From the sequence record OR529409.1: 64,000 bases of DNA. The stretch is one strand, 5' to 3'. This document shows, piece by piece, positions 19,011 to 29,397 of this stretch (the stretch's first letter is position 1; every line of letters starts with the position of its first letter). Both the position numbers and the translations under genes were made by a program. The notes below the pieces were generated by a model. It was not told the DNA's origin and did no database searches. It saw nothing but the letters and a program-made list of their open reading frames with translations.

Positions 19011-21098
19011 ATGGAAAATATTGATTTTAATGCGTATGTGGCGGATACGATAAGTTTGGTCAGAACCATGGTCGTCAAATGTGAAGCCATAGCGACTATA
19101 GATAACTCGTTGCTGACCTCCGCTGGTTACCCCGTCAGTGACGATAAACGCACTTGGCGGTACTACCTTAACTTAAACGGCCAATATCACGCTGCTGATG
19201 TAAAGATGTACGTGTCCTCACTGGATACGGGTGAAGAGATTCTTTTTAGTAAAGAATCGTTAGAAGAACACCTTATTACTAAAAAGGCGTATCTTTCTTC
19301 CGGTTATTGGTATAACCGATTGGTAACTGATTATCCCGCGCAACGAGAGCTAATAAATGGGATATTGGATCCTATCGCGTTAGATGACGCCATTGGAGCC
19401 AAGAACTATAAAATCCTTCGGTATAACGAAGACTTAGTTTTGTGGAATGAAGATCAGGTTATTCCGAGACTCCAGGATTGGATTGACGCGTTCTGCCATC
19501 AGCATTTCGGCACAGAATACTTCTACACAGATAACTTAATGCTCCCAGTAGTATTGGCTACGCTGTACGGATTAATGCCAGGGGCGTTAATGACGATCCG
19601 TGAAGAGGCCATAGGGACGAGATACGTCCACGACTTCCATATCTGGGGGCGGTTAAACTCCTACGGTGATTTCACTCAGTATAAAAATGTGCTAAACGGG
19701 GTCCAGACTCTTTGGCTTTATCGCAATATTGAATGGTTGGCGGATAATGCCGGGAAGAACTACACTCTTGGTTTGCTTATTCAAAATCTGCTGACCGTAA
19801 GAGGGATACCGATTGCTGAGTTCGAGGTAACTTACAATACTGAAAATCAAATTGAAGATCTATCCCCAACAGTCGCCTTCATTAAAAACAACTTGAACTT
19901 ACTCGATCGATATACCGATAAGCACAAGATTTATACTGCGGAAGAAATCATCGATAAAGAATCTCTTTTGGCTAAAGACAACCCAGCCCAACAAGAAATA
20001 TATCTGGATGATATCAAAGCCAAAGGTAAGTTCGCGTTATTCTCCAGCATCCCGTCCAAGTTACTGGAATCGGAAATGGAGGATTACACCACTCGTCATG
20101 CTATTACGCTGATGAACTCCGCATACCACCATTGGGTTTATCTTGTTAAGAACGGTTATTACAACGCCGTGATTGACGTCCCTAACCCTAAAGAGGCGAC
20201 TACCTTCAGATTGACTGTTAAAGAAGGTTTGATACTCTGGACGTATCTGACCAGAAGGATACGTGGCGAGGATCTCTCTTTAATGGAAGGTGTTTTTTAT
20301 CAGAACGTATTAAAGATCACCCCGCCCACTTATTCCGAGTTAAGGGAAAAGGGTTCAAATTCCTTTTTATACGACTACCAGATAAAAGATGCCATCGAAC
20401 TTCACGTCCCGTACGAAAAGATAATTTCTACTGATGCTTTTTATCAAAAAGCAAAAGAGAATTATTTGCTGGCTTGGAAATACCAAAAGTTCTACGCTCA
20501 GTACCACGATCAGTTCCGTCAAGCGGTAGTTAAAAACGTAACGGACTCTTTCTTTGAGCGGGGCAAATGGGATATCAAAAGTGAAGTAACCTCTTTTGAT
20601 ACCTGGCTGGCTAACAAGGAATTGGATTTCTCTAATTATACTGACGATGAGTTATTAGGGCTGGCTTGGGATACGTTCTCGTTAGCAACTGGCTGGGATA
20701 GTTCAAACGTAACGTTACGCACGCTGCAATCTAGTCTTATTAAACTGATGCTGGAACTTTCTAGTTACACCATCCACGTTTACACGACTATTGACGACGG
20801 TAATAATACTATTGAAGCAGGTTCCCGTATAGATTTGGGGATCCGTAAAGATTCCTTCACTTCTACTATGGACAGTAGAGCGGTTCTGCTTCCGGCTATG
20901 CTGCATGTCGTCCCTAATATCGATATGAAAGGGAAAACAACATCTATCGTTGATTTTAATACTTACGGTGGTGTTGACACAGGGTCTGTTGGCGAAGCCA
21001 CGTTACCTCTCGATCCCGAGTTAGTAGAGAATACAACAAGGAAATCCTCTTCCTACGGATTACTCCCCATGTTCTTTACACTCACTAACTCGGAATGA
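19011..21098 (+). CDS. Virion structural protein (phiKZ gp128-like, baseplate wedge candidate)
   Basis: 695 aa; TWRYYLNLNGQYH motif; synteny. Confidence 0.6.
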   Translation: MENIDFNAYVADTISLVRTMVVKCEAIATIDNSLLTSAGYPVSDDKRTWRYYLNLNGQYHAADVKMYVSSLDTGEEILFSKESLEEHLITKKAYLSSGYWYNRLVTDYPAQRELINGILDPIALDDAIGAKNYKILRYNEDLVLWNEDQVIPRLQDWIDAFCHQHFGTEYFYTDNLMLPVVLATLYGLMPGALMTIREEAIGTRYVHDFHIWGRLNSYGDFTQYKNVLNGVQTLWLYRNIEWLADNAGKNYTLGLLIQNLLTVRGIPIAEFEVTYNTENQIEDLSPTVAFIKNNLNLLDRYTDKHKIYTAEEIIDKESLLAKDNPAQQEIYLDDIKAKGKFALFSSIPSKLLESEMEDYTTRHAITLMNSAYHHWVYLVKNGYYNAVIDVPNPKEATTFRLTVKEGLILWTYLTRRIRGEDLSLMEGVFYQNVLKITPPTYSELREKGSNSFLYDYQIKDAIELHVPYEKIISTDAFYQKAKENYLLAWKYQKFYAQYHDQFRQAVVKNVTDSFFERGKWDIKSEVTSFDTWLANKELDFSNYTDDELLGLAWDTFSLATGWDSSNVTLRTLQSSLIKLMLELSSYTIHVYTTIDDGNNTIEAGSRIDLGIRKDSFTSTMDSRAVLLPAMLHVVPNIDMKGKTTSIVDFNTYGGVDTGSVGEATLPLDPELVENTTRKSSSYGLLPMFFTLTNSE

Positions 21099-21511
21099 TA
21101 AAAATGACTAATACACAGCAATGGCCTATCAATCTCGTTAAAAACGAATACTTCAAAGACAACGGAATACGTGGAGAAAGATTACAGCAACTCATCTCCT
21201 TTATTCCGTTAGGCAGGACAGAAGAAGGCAATTATCTTTATGAGGTCACCAAATCAGGAAGCTGTCCGAATACTGAACAGTGGGAATTAGAACGATACGA
21301 TCTTTCTTTTATCTCAAGAAAACATCTGATAAGTGATAGCGAAACCGTAAATCATTTGAACATGCTAATCCCTTTTATTAGTAAGGCGACGGGTTATCAC
21401 TTATTACCGGGTGACATCGGTGGCGTGACCTTTCATAAAACATACTGGATTATCGACGTAGCGAAAGACTCGTTGAGATTCACCGGCTCTTTCTCAATCA
21501 TGAAGAAATAA
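21095..21511 (+). CDS. Small virion/baseplate-associated protein
   Basis: 138 aa, coupled to the upstream gene; DSLRFTGS C-terminus. Confidence 0.5.
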   Translation: MIKMTNTQQWPINLVKNEYFKDNGIRGERLQQLISFIPLGRTEEGNYLYEVTKSGSCPNTEQWELERYDLSFISRKHLISDSETVNHLNMLIPFISKATGYHLLPGDIGGVTFHKTYWIIDVAKDSLRFTGSFSIMKK

Positions 21512-21522
21512 GGATTTATTCA

Positions 21523-22428
21523 ATGGCAACTGACACTCAACAATCTTCCAACTCCAGACTGCCCAGTCAGATTGTTACCGCAACAGCATTTGGTGTGAAG
21601 ATCGCGATCGCCGCTATTACCAAACAAAACGTGGAAGTCGAACAATACACCACGCTCAACGAAATACATTCCGTCCTGGCCGATGAAAGTTTGGGTGTAA
21701 AAGCCGGTTCTGACTTTACCCTGAAGTATTATGGGTTAGGCGTTAAGGGCTCTCAATTCATTGGTAACGACGCCAACGGCATCGCCCGTATGTTGGTTAA
21801 CCAACATCAGCCGATCGACTGTAACGCGTTCTATCCCATTCCGCTTGTCGTAAGAGAGCTCTCCGACGACCTCACCGCGGATCAACGTGCTAACTACCGT
21901 ATGCGTGTTGTTTTTACTAAAGATAATGTGACTTACGTCGCTTACTATCTGCGGGTTATCAGTTTTGCGGCGTTCAGTCCGTCGATTGTAAAAATCACGA
22001 AGGATCCTACAACGGGCAACGAAGATCCTGATGTTTACGTTCCGACCTCTGACTATCAGCACCCGACTCCGATCACGCCTAATAGCGACGGTACCGTTCC
22101 GCTTTCCAATCAGTATGTTTCGGCAACGGGTAAGCTGGATCTCAGTATCGATGCTTCAGGTCTGGCTGAACTTCGCAACGCCTGTTCAATTATGTTCGGC
22201 GATGAGTCTTACGCCGCTCCAAACGAATATTACGTTTGCACCGGTATCGATACCCCGAGCTCTGGTCAGACGTCCGGTTCCATTAATGTTTCCTATACAG
22301 AAGCTGTCAGCGCAATCATCGCTTACTTCATTACGGAAACTCATCCTCGCGATGCTAATGCGAACGGCGCAATTGAAATGTTCTTTGATATCGGAGCAAG
22401 TGCCCCGTTGTTGCTGGCTTCTAGCTAA
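21523..22428 (+). CDS. Virion structural protein
   Basis: 301 aa; RBS AAGGA; late structural context. Confidence 0.6.
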   Translation: MATDTQQSSNSRLPSQIVTATAFGVKIAIAAITKQNVEVEQYTTLNEIHSVLADESLGVKAGSDFTLKYYGLGVKGSQFIGNDANGIARMLVNQHQPIDCNAFYPIPLVVRELSDDLTADQRANYRMRVVFTKDNVTYVAYYLRVISFAAFSPSIVKITKDPTTGNEDPDVYVPTSDYQHPTPITPNSDGTVPLSNQYVSATGKLDLSIDASGLAELRNACSIMFGDESYAAPNEYYVCTGIDTPSSGQTSGSINVSYTEAVSAIIAYFITETHPRDANANGAIEMFFDIGASAPLLLASS

Positions 22429-22439
22429 GGAGAAACATC

Positions 22440-23087
22440 ATGCTCTTTAAAGAGTTATCTCCTACTGGGGGCGTTCTTCAACTCCCTAAGCTAGTCGTTG
22501 GTAAGTTATCCACGGATTACTTTGAGACGATTACCGATTTCTATGAAGTCGTTCTGGATCAAAGTGTTTACAAAGTTTCCCAGGTTTATCTCGGCAGTGA
22601 TGGCAAGCCCAAACTCGAACTCGTTCCTAATGAAATTAATGTGTTTAACGACATACTTTATTTCACTGGTAAAGGGGTGACGGGATTAACTTCTCAGGAT
22701 GTCGTTACCACTATCGCTAACCCCATGCAGACCGTTGCTGATGCGTTCTTGGATCAGTCTCCTGTTTGGGTTCCCGCTATAGAAGAGCTGAGTTTCCTTT
22801 CTAATCTCGAACTCAATACCCCACGTGACATCTTTACCGTGACCGATCAATATCCCCGTAAACTCGCTAATTTGTTGAGCGGGGGAAGGAATCACGTGAA
22901 GTGGGGCGTGGGGTCTTTGAACGAGTATTCCACCGCGGGATTCTCTTTACTGTATTACGGTGATGTGAGTAACGCACCATCGTCTTACGCTTATCCGCCT
23001 GCTGCTAAAACAATCGCTATTGTTTCGCTTAACTCAGGTAATAACAAAGGAATGGTAATGCTGTGCTCGGACAAAAAGATCGAATAA
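22440..23087 (+). CDS. Hypothetical (probable virion) protein
   Basis: 215 aa; RBS AAGGAG. Confidence 0.6.
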   Translation: MLFKELSPTGGVLQLPKLVVGKLSTDYFETITDFYEVVLDQSVYKVSQVYLGSDGKPKLELVPNEINVFNDILYFTGKGVTGLTSQDVVTTIANPMQTVADAFLDQSPVWVPAIEELSFLSNLELNTPRDIFTVTDQYPRKLANLLSGGRNHVKWGVGSLNEYSTAGFSLLYYGDVSNAPSSYAYPPAAKTIAIVSLNSGNNKGMVMLCSDKKIE

Positions 23088-23662
23088 GAGAAAAAACGAT
23101 TATTCGGATTATCGGGACCGACCCCAGTACAACGCACATGGGTAATGCCGTTATTGACGTCAACATTACGGAAACACAAAAATTCCAATTACGTTACGTC
23201 AATACGGTTATCGGCGACAAGGTCGATTTTTACGAGAAGCTGAACTACGCTGAGAGACCTGTTACCAAACGCACATTGGGGATGTCAAGATCGTATAAGG
23301 ATCTCTTAGAGATCTTTGAGCCTGACATCGCCATTTGCGAGGATAACTTCTTAGGGGCTTCTGCGGATACGTATAAACGATTAGTTGAAACCGTCTCTAT
23401 GTTGCGCGATACTGTTAAAGAGCACAGTAAATCGCTGTTCTTTATGAGCGTTCTCCCTAATCTTGCTAAGGCCATTGTTGGAGCCAATTTTAAAGGTACT
23501 CAAAAAGAAGACGTGCTGAAGGGTTTAAAGAACTATCCGCACCTAGATCTTAACGGTATCGATCTTGACACCCTCGATGACCACAGCGTTGACAGTATCG
23601 TTATCGCATTGTATCTTTGTGAAATGGTCGCAAAAGACTATAAGGTATTTCCTCATGACTGA
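23063..23662 (+). CDS. ruvC: RuvC-like Holliday junction resolvase
   Basis: IIGTDPS (D), AICEDNF (E), DDHSVDSIVIA (D/D) catalytic pattern. Confidence 0.85.
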   Translation: MLGQKDRIREKTIIRIIGTDPSTTHMGNAVIDVNITETQKFQLRYVNTVIGDKVDFYEKLNYAERPVTKRTLGMSRSYKDLLEIFEPDIAICEDNFLGASADTYKRLVETVSMLRDTVKEHSKSLFFMSVLPNLAKAIVGANFKGTQKEDVLKGLKNYPHLDLNGIDLDTLDDHSVDSIVIALYLCEMVAKDYKVFPHD

Positions 23663-24059
23663 ACAAAAAGCACAGGGGGAAGAGGCCGCAGAAGAAGATC
23701 CGCTGCTCGAAGTTGAGCATCCTCAGGGATTAGAGGGAAAGGTATTCGGTAAATGGACCGTAAGGCTGCGCAATATCTGTGGTGTTGTCGCTTGCCTTTC
23801 GGTTTGTTATAACGCCATTAATTATACCGATACCATAAAGAAAGCGGTTCTAGCAGGATATGGTTATCCTGACAGGACCAGCTTGGGGATCGTTTTTATC
23901 GGGCCGATCGTCATCGCTCTCGTTTTCATGAACGCCAGCAAAATTTTGCAGGTCATCATGAAGATCCCTAGCGTAGCCGAAAAACTACGAAAAGGGACGA
24001 TCGGGATCCTGACTCGTCCTGGAGATAATCCTCCGCCTCCACCACCTCCACAAAACTAA
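23655..24059 (+). CDS. Holin candidate (two TM segments, Pro-rich basic tail)
   Basis: ATG at 23655 with AAGGT RBS; hydrophobic ICGVVACLSVCY and LGIVFIGPIVIALVF; next to the spanins. Confidence 0.45.
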   Translation: MTEQKAQGEEAAEEDPLLEVEHPQGLEGKVFGKWTVRLRNICGVVACLSVCYNAINYTDTIKKAVLAGYGYPDRTSLGIVFIGPIVIALVFMNASKILQVIMKIPSVAEKLRKGTIGILTRPGDNPPPPPPPQN

Positions 24060-24065
24060 GAAAGT

Positions 24066-24099
24066 TATACTCCTCCTACCCTAGGGTAGGAGGAGTATA
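24066..24099. terminator. Bidirectional terminator, perfect 34-bp palindrome
   Basis: TATACTCCTCCTACCCTAGGGTAGGAGGAGTATA between convergent genes. Confidence 0.85.
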
Positions 24100-24111
24100 T
24101 TTATTTTATTA

Positions 24112-24645
24112 TTATTTTTGCTCGGTAGTCGTCGAGGAAGTGACTTTTGTTACAACAGATTTAGTTGCTGCTTTGGCTTTGGTCATTAGGAATTTAGGAT
24201 CAAAGACATTGACCGTTCCTGAAGCCTGATCGACAATTTGATCAATGTTGCCGAGTAGGCCTTTGATGGCAACTTGCGAAGCATAAACCAAATCGTTGGC
24301 GTTATCTAAATCCCTCGTAGTCGTAATAAGTTTTAAACGAGTGAGCTTGTAGCATCTAACATAGTCAGTATTCTGATCCAAGCAATCATTCGCCTTAAGC
24401 CATTCATCGAGTACGATGAGTTGACTAATTGGCTCTACCGGATTATCAGAAACGAGTTCCTTTGGGACGGTATGGGCGGCTTCTTTCAATTGCTGAAGAT
24501 TGATTCCCATGCTACTGACTTGAGCGGCTTGAGCCTCCACCTGAAGTTTGGTGTTGGCTTCGCTGACTGTGGTCTTGTGACTGCACCCCGTCACTAAGAT
24601 CATCAGCGCCGTAACGGCTAAGCATTTCATTATACGTTTTTTCAC
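24112..24645 (-). CDS. Outer-membrane lipoprotein spanin (o-spanin)
   Basis: Lipobox LVTG-C after a basic/hydrophobic leader; overlaps the 3' end of the i-spanin gene. Confidence 0.75.
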   Translation of the reverse strand: MKKRIMKCLAVTALMILVTGCSHKTTVSEANTKLQVEAQAAQVSSMGINLQQLKEAAHTVPKELVSDNPVEPISQLIVLDEWLKANDCLDQNTDYVRCYKLTRLKLITTTRDLDNANDLVYASQVAIKGLLGNIDQIVDQASGTVNVFDPKFLMTKAKAATKSVVTKVTSSTTTEQK

Positions 24646-24904
24646 GATCTTGACCTCGACGATCTAACATAAGAGCAAGTTGAGCGTTAAGTTTAGTTTG
24701 GCTGGCTGTGGAGATCTCGATAGCCTCCCGTAAACTCTTCATTTGGTCAGTGATTTTTGCCATCTGACCCACGGTTTCTTGATCGACTGAATCCTTAGGG
24801 AAAAACCGATTAACCCCAAGAATGATCATGATGACCAATAATAATAAAATAACGATCCCATCTTTAACTACACTTCCGACATTATCTTTAGTAATAACCG
24901 ACAT
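24512..24904 (-). CDS. Inner-membrane spanin (i-spanin)
   Basis: N-terminal TM IVILLLLVIMIILGV followed by a periplasmic coiled coil; overlapped Rz/Rz1-type architecture. Confidence 0.75.
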   Translation of the reverse strand: MSVITKDNVGSVVKDGIVILLLLVIMIILGVNRFFPKDSVDQETVGQMAKITDQMKSLREAIEISTASQTKLNAQLALMLDRRGQDREKTYNEMLSRYGADDLSDGVQSQDHSQRSQHQTSGGGSSRSSQ

Positions 24905-24915
24905 GACGAATACCT

Positions 24916-26148
24916 CTAAACTAGAGCATGGATTTTGAACACAAAGCCAGTCACAAGGTCGTCGCTAAAGTAACGGTTACGGAAAGCATGATAGAGATCC
25001 CCCCCGTTATCGACGCCTGTGAGGCCATTAACGTAATCCGGGGTTAACCGGATATCAGTACTCCACAGCATTTGATTACCTCCTCTTTTGGAAATATAAG
25101 AGGGGAACAGGCCGTTGCTCAACATAAGAGGATGAGCGTAGGTGTCGTTAACCAAGAAGACTGTAGGGTAGCGATAGGTGATCAGTGGGGTTATCGTAAT
25201 TCCAAAATCTGGATTATCAAACACCACAAAGAAACTGTTTTGATTTAAAAGAAGCGCTTTAAACGTTTCCGCAGTATAAAGCTTATCTTTAGCAATGACT
25301 TTACGTTCCTTAGGATAAAGGTTACTTAAGTCAACGTAATTAAGAGATTCGAAAATTCGCTCGGGCCATTTATAATGACGGTAGTCGATGCGTAGTCTTT
25401 TCTCACCCGTTCTTGTAACCAGGGGAGAACCTGTGACTAATCTTCCAGCGATAACTAACCAAACCTTCTTATCTTTGATAGGAACGTCTAGTTCGACTTC
25501 TAAACCAGTGAATCCATCTTCGTCAATGAACTTTATCATGTCTTCGGTAAATGGACGTGTCTCTAAAGCAGACACTTTGGAGAAGTCATAGATGTCGACG
25601 TGACTACTATCATTAATGCGGTAGTTCTTCCCACCGTTTAAAAGATAGATTCCGTCGTCTCTACTTATTCCTCTAATGAAATGCCCGTTGAGATTAAAAA
25701 GACATTTCGTGATAAGGTCGTCGTATTTGCGGGTCGTCACAATGGTAGTTAGTAACAGATCCGGCGCTTCACTAACACTAACCAGCGCTTGACGGTCAGC
25801 AGACAACAGATGATTAGCCGGAGCGATACGATACCCGCTTAATTGGGCGTCACCACGTTGAACATAAACCAACTTCTCTCCCGGGAGTTCCGAAGAGAGA
25901 GTAAGCGGATCATTCTCTTTTGTCAACAGCCAGGCTTCAATGGTCCCATCGAAAGTTTGAAACTCATATTGATAATCGAAGGCGTTTAAACAAAGCTGCT
26001 TACCCACTAGTTCGTCGAGAATAACTATTCGTAATTTACTGTAGGTTTTAAAGTACTGGTTGGTCTTTAAAGTGCTTAAATCTACAACGGCTTCTCCAGC
26101 GTGCCCTGTGAGAGCAACGCCTACGGCTCGTACATACTGATAAGACAT
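24916..26148 (-). CDS. Virion structural protein
   Basis: About 410 aa; start reassigned to MSYQYVRAVG (GAGGG RBS); context only. Confidence 0.55.
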   Translation of the reverse strand: MSYQYVRAVGVALTGHAGEAVVDLSTLKTNQYFKTYSKLRIVILDELVGKQLCLNAFDYQYEFQTFDGTIEAWLLTKENDPLTLSSELPGEKLVYVQRGDAQLSGYRIAPANHLLSADRQALVSVSEAPDLLLTTIVTTRKYDDLITKCLFNLNGHFIRGISRDDGIYLLNGGKNYRINDSSHVDIYDFSKVSALETRPFTEDMIKFIDEDGFTGLEVELDVPIKDKKVWLVIAGRLVTGSPLVTRTGEKRLRIDYRHYKWPERIFESLNYVDLSNLYPKERKVIAKDKLYTAETFKALLLNQNSFFVVFDNPDFGITITPLITYRYPTVFLVNDTYAHPLMLSNGLFPSYISKRGGNQMLWSTDIRLTPDYVNGLTGVDNGGDLYHAFRNRYFSDDLVTGFVFKIHALV

Positions 26149-26249
26149 AGCGCCCTCTTCCGGAATTCTATGGTTCATTATTTAAATTCATTCATAGGAT
26201 CGGGCCGCTTAGCGTGGCGAGGTCTTCTAACCGCCAAACAGGATTCGAT

Positions 26250-29021
26250 ATGTCAGAATATTTATATCCTTGGAATCCCTTCCAAGATGATGATGACGCC
26301 CGTATCACTGGAGAGCTCGCGAGTGTACCCGGGGGAACCCGTGTGCTGGTCGTTCCTAGAGCCGCTCCTTTCTTTTCCGAAAACTTAACTATTGTCAATT
26401 CGGATACTAATGCCCCGTTGGTATTAGGTGAAGACTACGTCTTCAGTTATCCGTTTATGGATTTTATCAAGAATTATTCCAAAAACGTTTATGGTGGGAT
26501 AATTCTTCTCAAAGCAACCACTGCTTTGAACATTTCAATAAGTTATGACACCGTCGGCGGGCCGTTCGTTTTAGATGACGTTGCGTACGCTGAAGCTGTG
26601 GCCAACATCATCTCATCCGGGAGATTGGCAGATTGGAGTCAGGTCGTTAATCTCCCTTCTGGTTTCCCAGCCGATCCCCACGACCATCCAGAAAGTCAGA
26701 CTTATAACTACAACGAGTTCATGGCTAACCTCACTCTGATGATTGAGGCGATGAACAATGAAACGAATAACCCAACCGTCCAGACACAGCTGACACAGCA
26801 CAGTGCCGATAACTTAAGAATCGCGCATCCCAACGGCGAGCCAGAGGATGTGGGATTAAGCAATCTTCACGATTACCCGGTGGCTCAAGAAAGTGATTTC
26901 GACGGTAATTCCAACCAGCTGTATATGGTTCTGGGTATTACGAAGAAACTCATCGATAAAATGCTGGCTGAGTTCTTGAACGGATCGTTACCCGCTGACT
27001 TCGAAGAAACGGTTCAAGAAATCTACGATCAAATGAACTCTTACTTGCAGCAAACGGCTACGCTCGCTGGGCAAGTTGATAACAAACTGTCGAACACCAT
27101 CAACGGTTTGGAAACTTTCGATAATGGTGCGACACTGAAGTCAACCAAGGATATGTTATTCCATACCCCAACTAACAGTTGGTACTATTGGGGTGGGACT
27201 TATCCTGCCGACGGTTACGTTGTCAGCGGCGGGGCTTCTCCTTACGATGCTTCGGGCAATCTGATAGCCGGTTGGAAAGTAGCGGGTGCAGTTGAGCTTG
27301 AAACCAGACTCTCTTCGCAAACCATCGGCCTGGGTGGGGATATCGTAGGTTATACAGCAGTGGCTGGAGCGATAGCCCGTACTGTGAATGACCGACTCCG
27401 GGATGCGATTAGCGTAAGAGACTATTATCAAAGTAGCGATAGCGGTAACTGGGCTTTAGCTTATAATCGAGCCAAAGCAGTCAACCCTAAGGTGTTTTTT
27501 CCACGTCAATCCAGCGTATACATGGTTAGCACCACTCTTGTGGTCGACTCCGGTGGTGCGATTCTTTCGGACGGCGCAATCATAGGGTCTCCTGTTTCGG
27601 CTAACGCTGGGGCTACGGCGATCATTACGGTAATCTCGGCAACATCCGCGACAGACATAGAGTTAGCCGGATTTACTATCAATGGTGGTGTTAACGATAC
27701 CCAAACCACGGCTAATGTAAAATCAGCGATCTCCTTAAACTCTTGTGTTGGGGTGAGGGTTGGTAACATTAAGGTGGTCAACTGTTCTGGACGAGGTATT
27801 CATTTCGATACCTGCACCGACATTACGGTTAGTGATTATCGTTTCCGTAAATTTAATTACGCCACTGCGTCCCTCAACACCTCTCTCGCCACCAATAGGA
27901 ACGGAATTAAATTTGTCGATTGTTCCGATGTTTATGTTTCTGGGACGGATATTGATTCCGATGACACCTGTATACGAATCAGCGCTAAATCTGCCGCAGT
28001 TAACAACGTGAATGTGAATGGTGTTAAAGGGTCCTCCACTACGAGTTCTTTGGTTGGGTTCGCCGAAGAACTTAATTCGGGATCCACTTATTATTCGCAG
28101 AACGTAACGGGCATCAGAATAAAGGACGTTCGTTTATTATACGGTAAAACCGCAAACGGCGTGGTTAGCGTTACTAAATTAGGATCGACCTCCGTCCTAA
28201 AAGATTTTTCAATCGTTGGTGTGTCTGGGAAACCGACCACAGGAAACGGAGTGACCGTTAACGGAGTGACGGGGGTTGAATTTGACGATATCAATGTGGA
28301 ATCAGTAAACGGCCACGGAGTTCATATCGCGTCTTCGACGCTCGTCAAAGGGACTGTCAAGGGAAGAACCGACGCCTCTGCCAGCTATGGTGTTAACCTC
28401 AACGCTGTAAGTTTTTCTGAGCTAATTGCTAATTCAGCCAATAGTTCGGGATACGGCATTAACTTAGATGGGGTAACTTATTCGGTTATCAAGCCATCGG
28501 CTTATAACTGCGGGGCGGGATTGTTCTCTACCTCGGCAGGTGGTGGATGTAGGATGGTGAACTGCACCAACGTGAACATGCCGGAAGGTAATCTCTACGG
28601 TACAACCACAGTATCCTATTATGGCTTGAACTACTCCACGGGCAATACCGGATGTACGTTTGGCTTGGATCTGATGTTCTATGGTCTGGTTCCGTCTACC
28701 CGTCTCCCTACGGCGTATTACCTTAAGACCCCAGCGGTCAGCCTTAAGTTTAAGGAAGATTCTGCGGGAACATTGAGTACGTATTCCAATATCGGATGTA
28801 CGTTAACCAGAAACGCCGCAGGCAACTACACTGTTGCTTTTTCAAGTAACATGAACTCAACTGGGTTCCAATGGGTTCTAGAAGCCTATCACAACGGCGC
28901 ACGTAGGACGGTCCAATTGTCCTCAGCGGTAACTGTCGGTGGATTTAGCTTCTTAACTCAGGACGCCGCCGGAACAACGACTTACGCCGATCACGTCAGT
29001 CTGGTAGCCTGGAACACCTAA
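26250..29021 (+). CDS. Tailspike/depolymerase with a jumbo-phage fibre anchor domain
   Basis: N-terminus shares VVPRAAPFFS...GEDY with neighbouring fibres; tailspike-type FDNGATL...WYYWGGTYP; ARTVNDRLRDAISVRDY entry into a pectate-lyase-like beta-helix. Confidence 0.8.
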   Translation: MSEYLYPWNPFQDDDDARITGELASVPGGTRVLVVPRAAPFFSENLTIVNSDTNAPLVLGEDYVFSYPFMDFIKNYSKNVYGGIILLKATTALNISISYDTVGGPFVLDDVAYAEAVANIISSGRLADWSQVVNLPSGFPADPHDHPESQTYNYNEFMANLTLMIEAMNNETNNPTVQTQLTQHSADNLRIAHPNGEPEDVGLSNLHDYPVAQESDFDGNSNQLYMVLGITKKLIDKMLAEFLNGSLPADFEETVQEIYDQMNSYLQQTATLAGQVDNKLSNTINGLETFDNGATLKSTKDMLFHTPTNSWYYWGGTYPADGYVVSGGASPYDASGNLIAGWKVAGAVELETRLSSQTIGLGGDIVGYTAVAGAIARTVNDRLRDAISVRDYYQSSDSGNWALAYNRAKAVNPKVFFPRQSSVYMVSTTLVVDSGGAILSDGAIIGSPVSANAGATAIITVISATSATDIELAGFTINGGVNDTQTTANVKSAISLNSCVGVRVGNIKVVNCSGRGIHFDTCTDITVSDYRFRKFNYATASLNTSLATNRNGIKFVDCSDVYVSGTDIDSDDTCIRISAKSAAVNNVNVNGVKGSSTTSSLVGFAEELNSGSTYYSQNVTGIRIKDVRLLYGKTANGVVSVTKLGSTSVLKDFSIVGVSGKPTTGNGVTVNGVTGVEFDDINVESVNGHGVHIASSTLVKGTVKGRTDASASYGVNLNAVSFSELIANSANSSGYGINLDGVTYSVIKPSAYNCGAGLFSTSAGGGCRMVNCTNVNMPEGNLYGTTTVSYYGLNYSTGNTGCTFGLDLMFYGLVPSTRLPTAYYLKTPAVSLKFKEDSAGTLSTYSNIGCTLTRNAAGNYTVAFSSNMNSTGFQWVLEAYHNGARRTVQLSSAVTVGGFSFLTQDAAGTTTYADHVSLVAWNT

Positions 29022-29031
29022 GGAAAGAAAT

Positions 29032-29286
29032 ATGTCTGTTACAGCCGTACTTGCCGCCACTGTTAATCTCACTACTCTGAAAGATAAGAGCTTGGAAAAT
29101 GAGGTTCTCCAAACCATTAAAGAAAGAATGGCTTACGAGAAACCAGACATTGAACTGACCTTATCTAAAGATGACAGTGTTGTTAACAGTTACACCTTTG
29201 TTAGTGGTGACGCCCTAACCGTTTCCGATGATTTCAGTTTTGTTTTTAACGGGATCGTCACGGACGTAATCAGCAACGTTAACTGA
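29032..29286 (+). CDS. Small putative virion protein
   Basis: 84 aa; RBS AAGGA; followed by a terminator. Confidence 0.6.
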   Translation: MSVTAVLAATVNLTTLKDKSLENEVLQTIKERMAYEKPDIELTLSKDDSVVNSYTFVSGDALTVSDDFSFVFNGIVTDVISNVN

Positions 29287-29297
29287 GTAACCTAATA

Positions 29298-29342
29298 AGG
29301 TAGGGGAGGGCTGATGCCCTCCCCTACCTAGTCGATTTTATG
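29298..29342 (+). promoter_or_regulatory. Terminator hairpin followed by late-promoter motif ATTTTATG
   Basis: AGGTAGGGGAGGGC-TGAT-GCCCTCCCCTACCT, then ATTTTATG at 29335-29342. Confidence 0.65.
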
Positions 29343-29397
29343 ATTCAGGCTTAATATTCGTGGAGTGTGATACTCACTCCATCACGAGGTGAGATCA

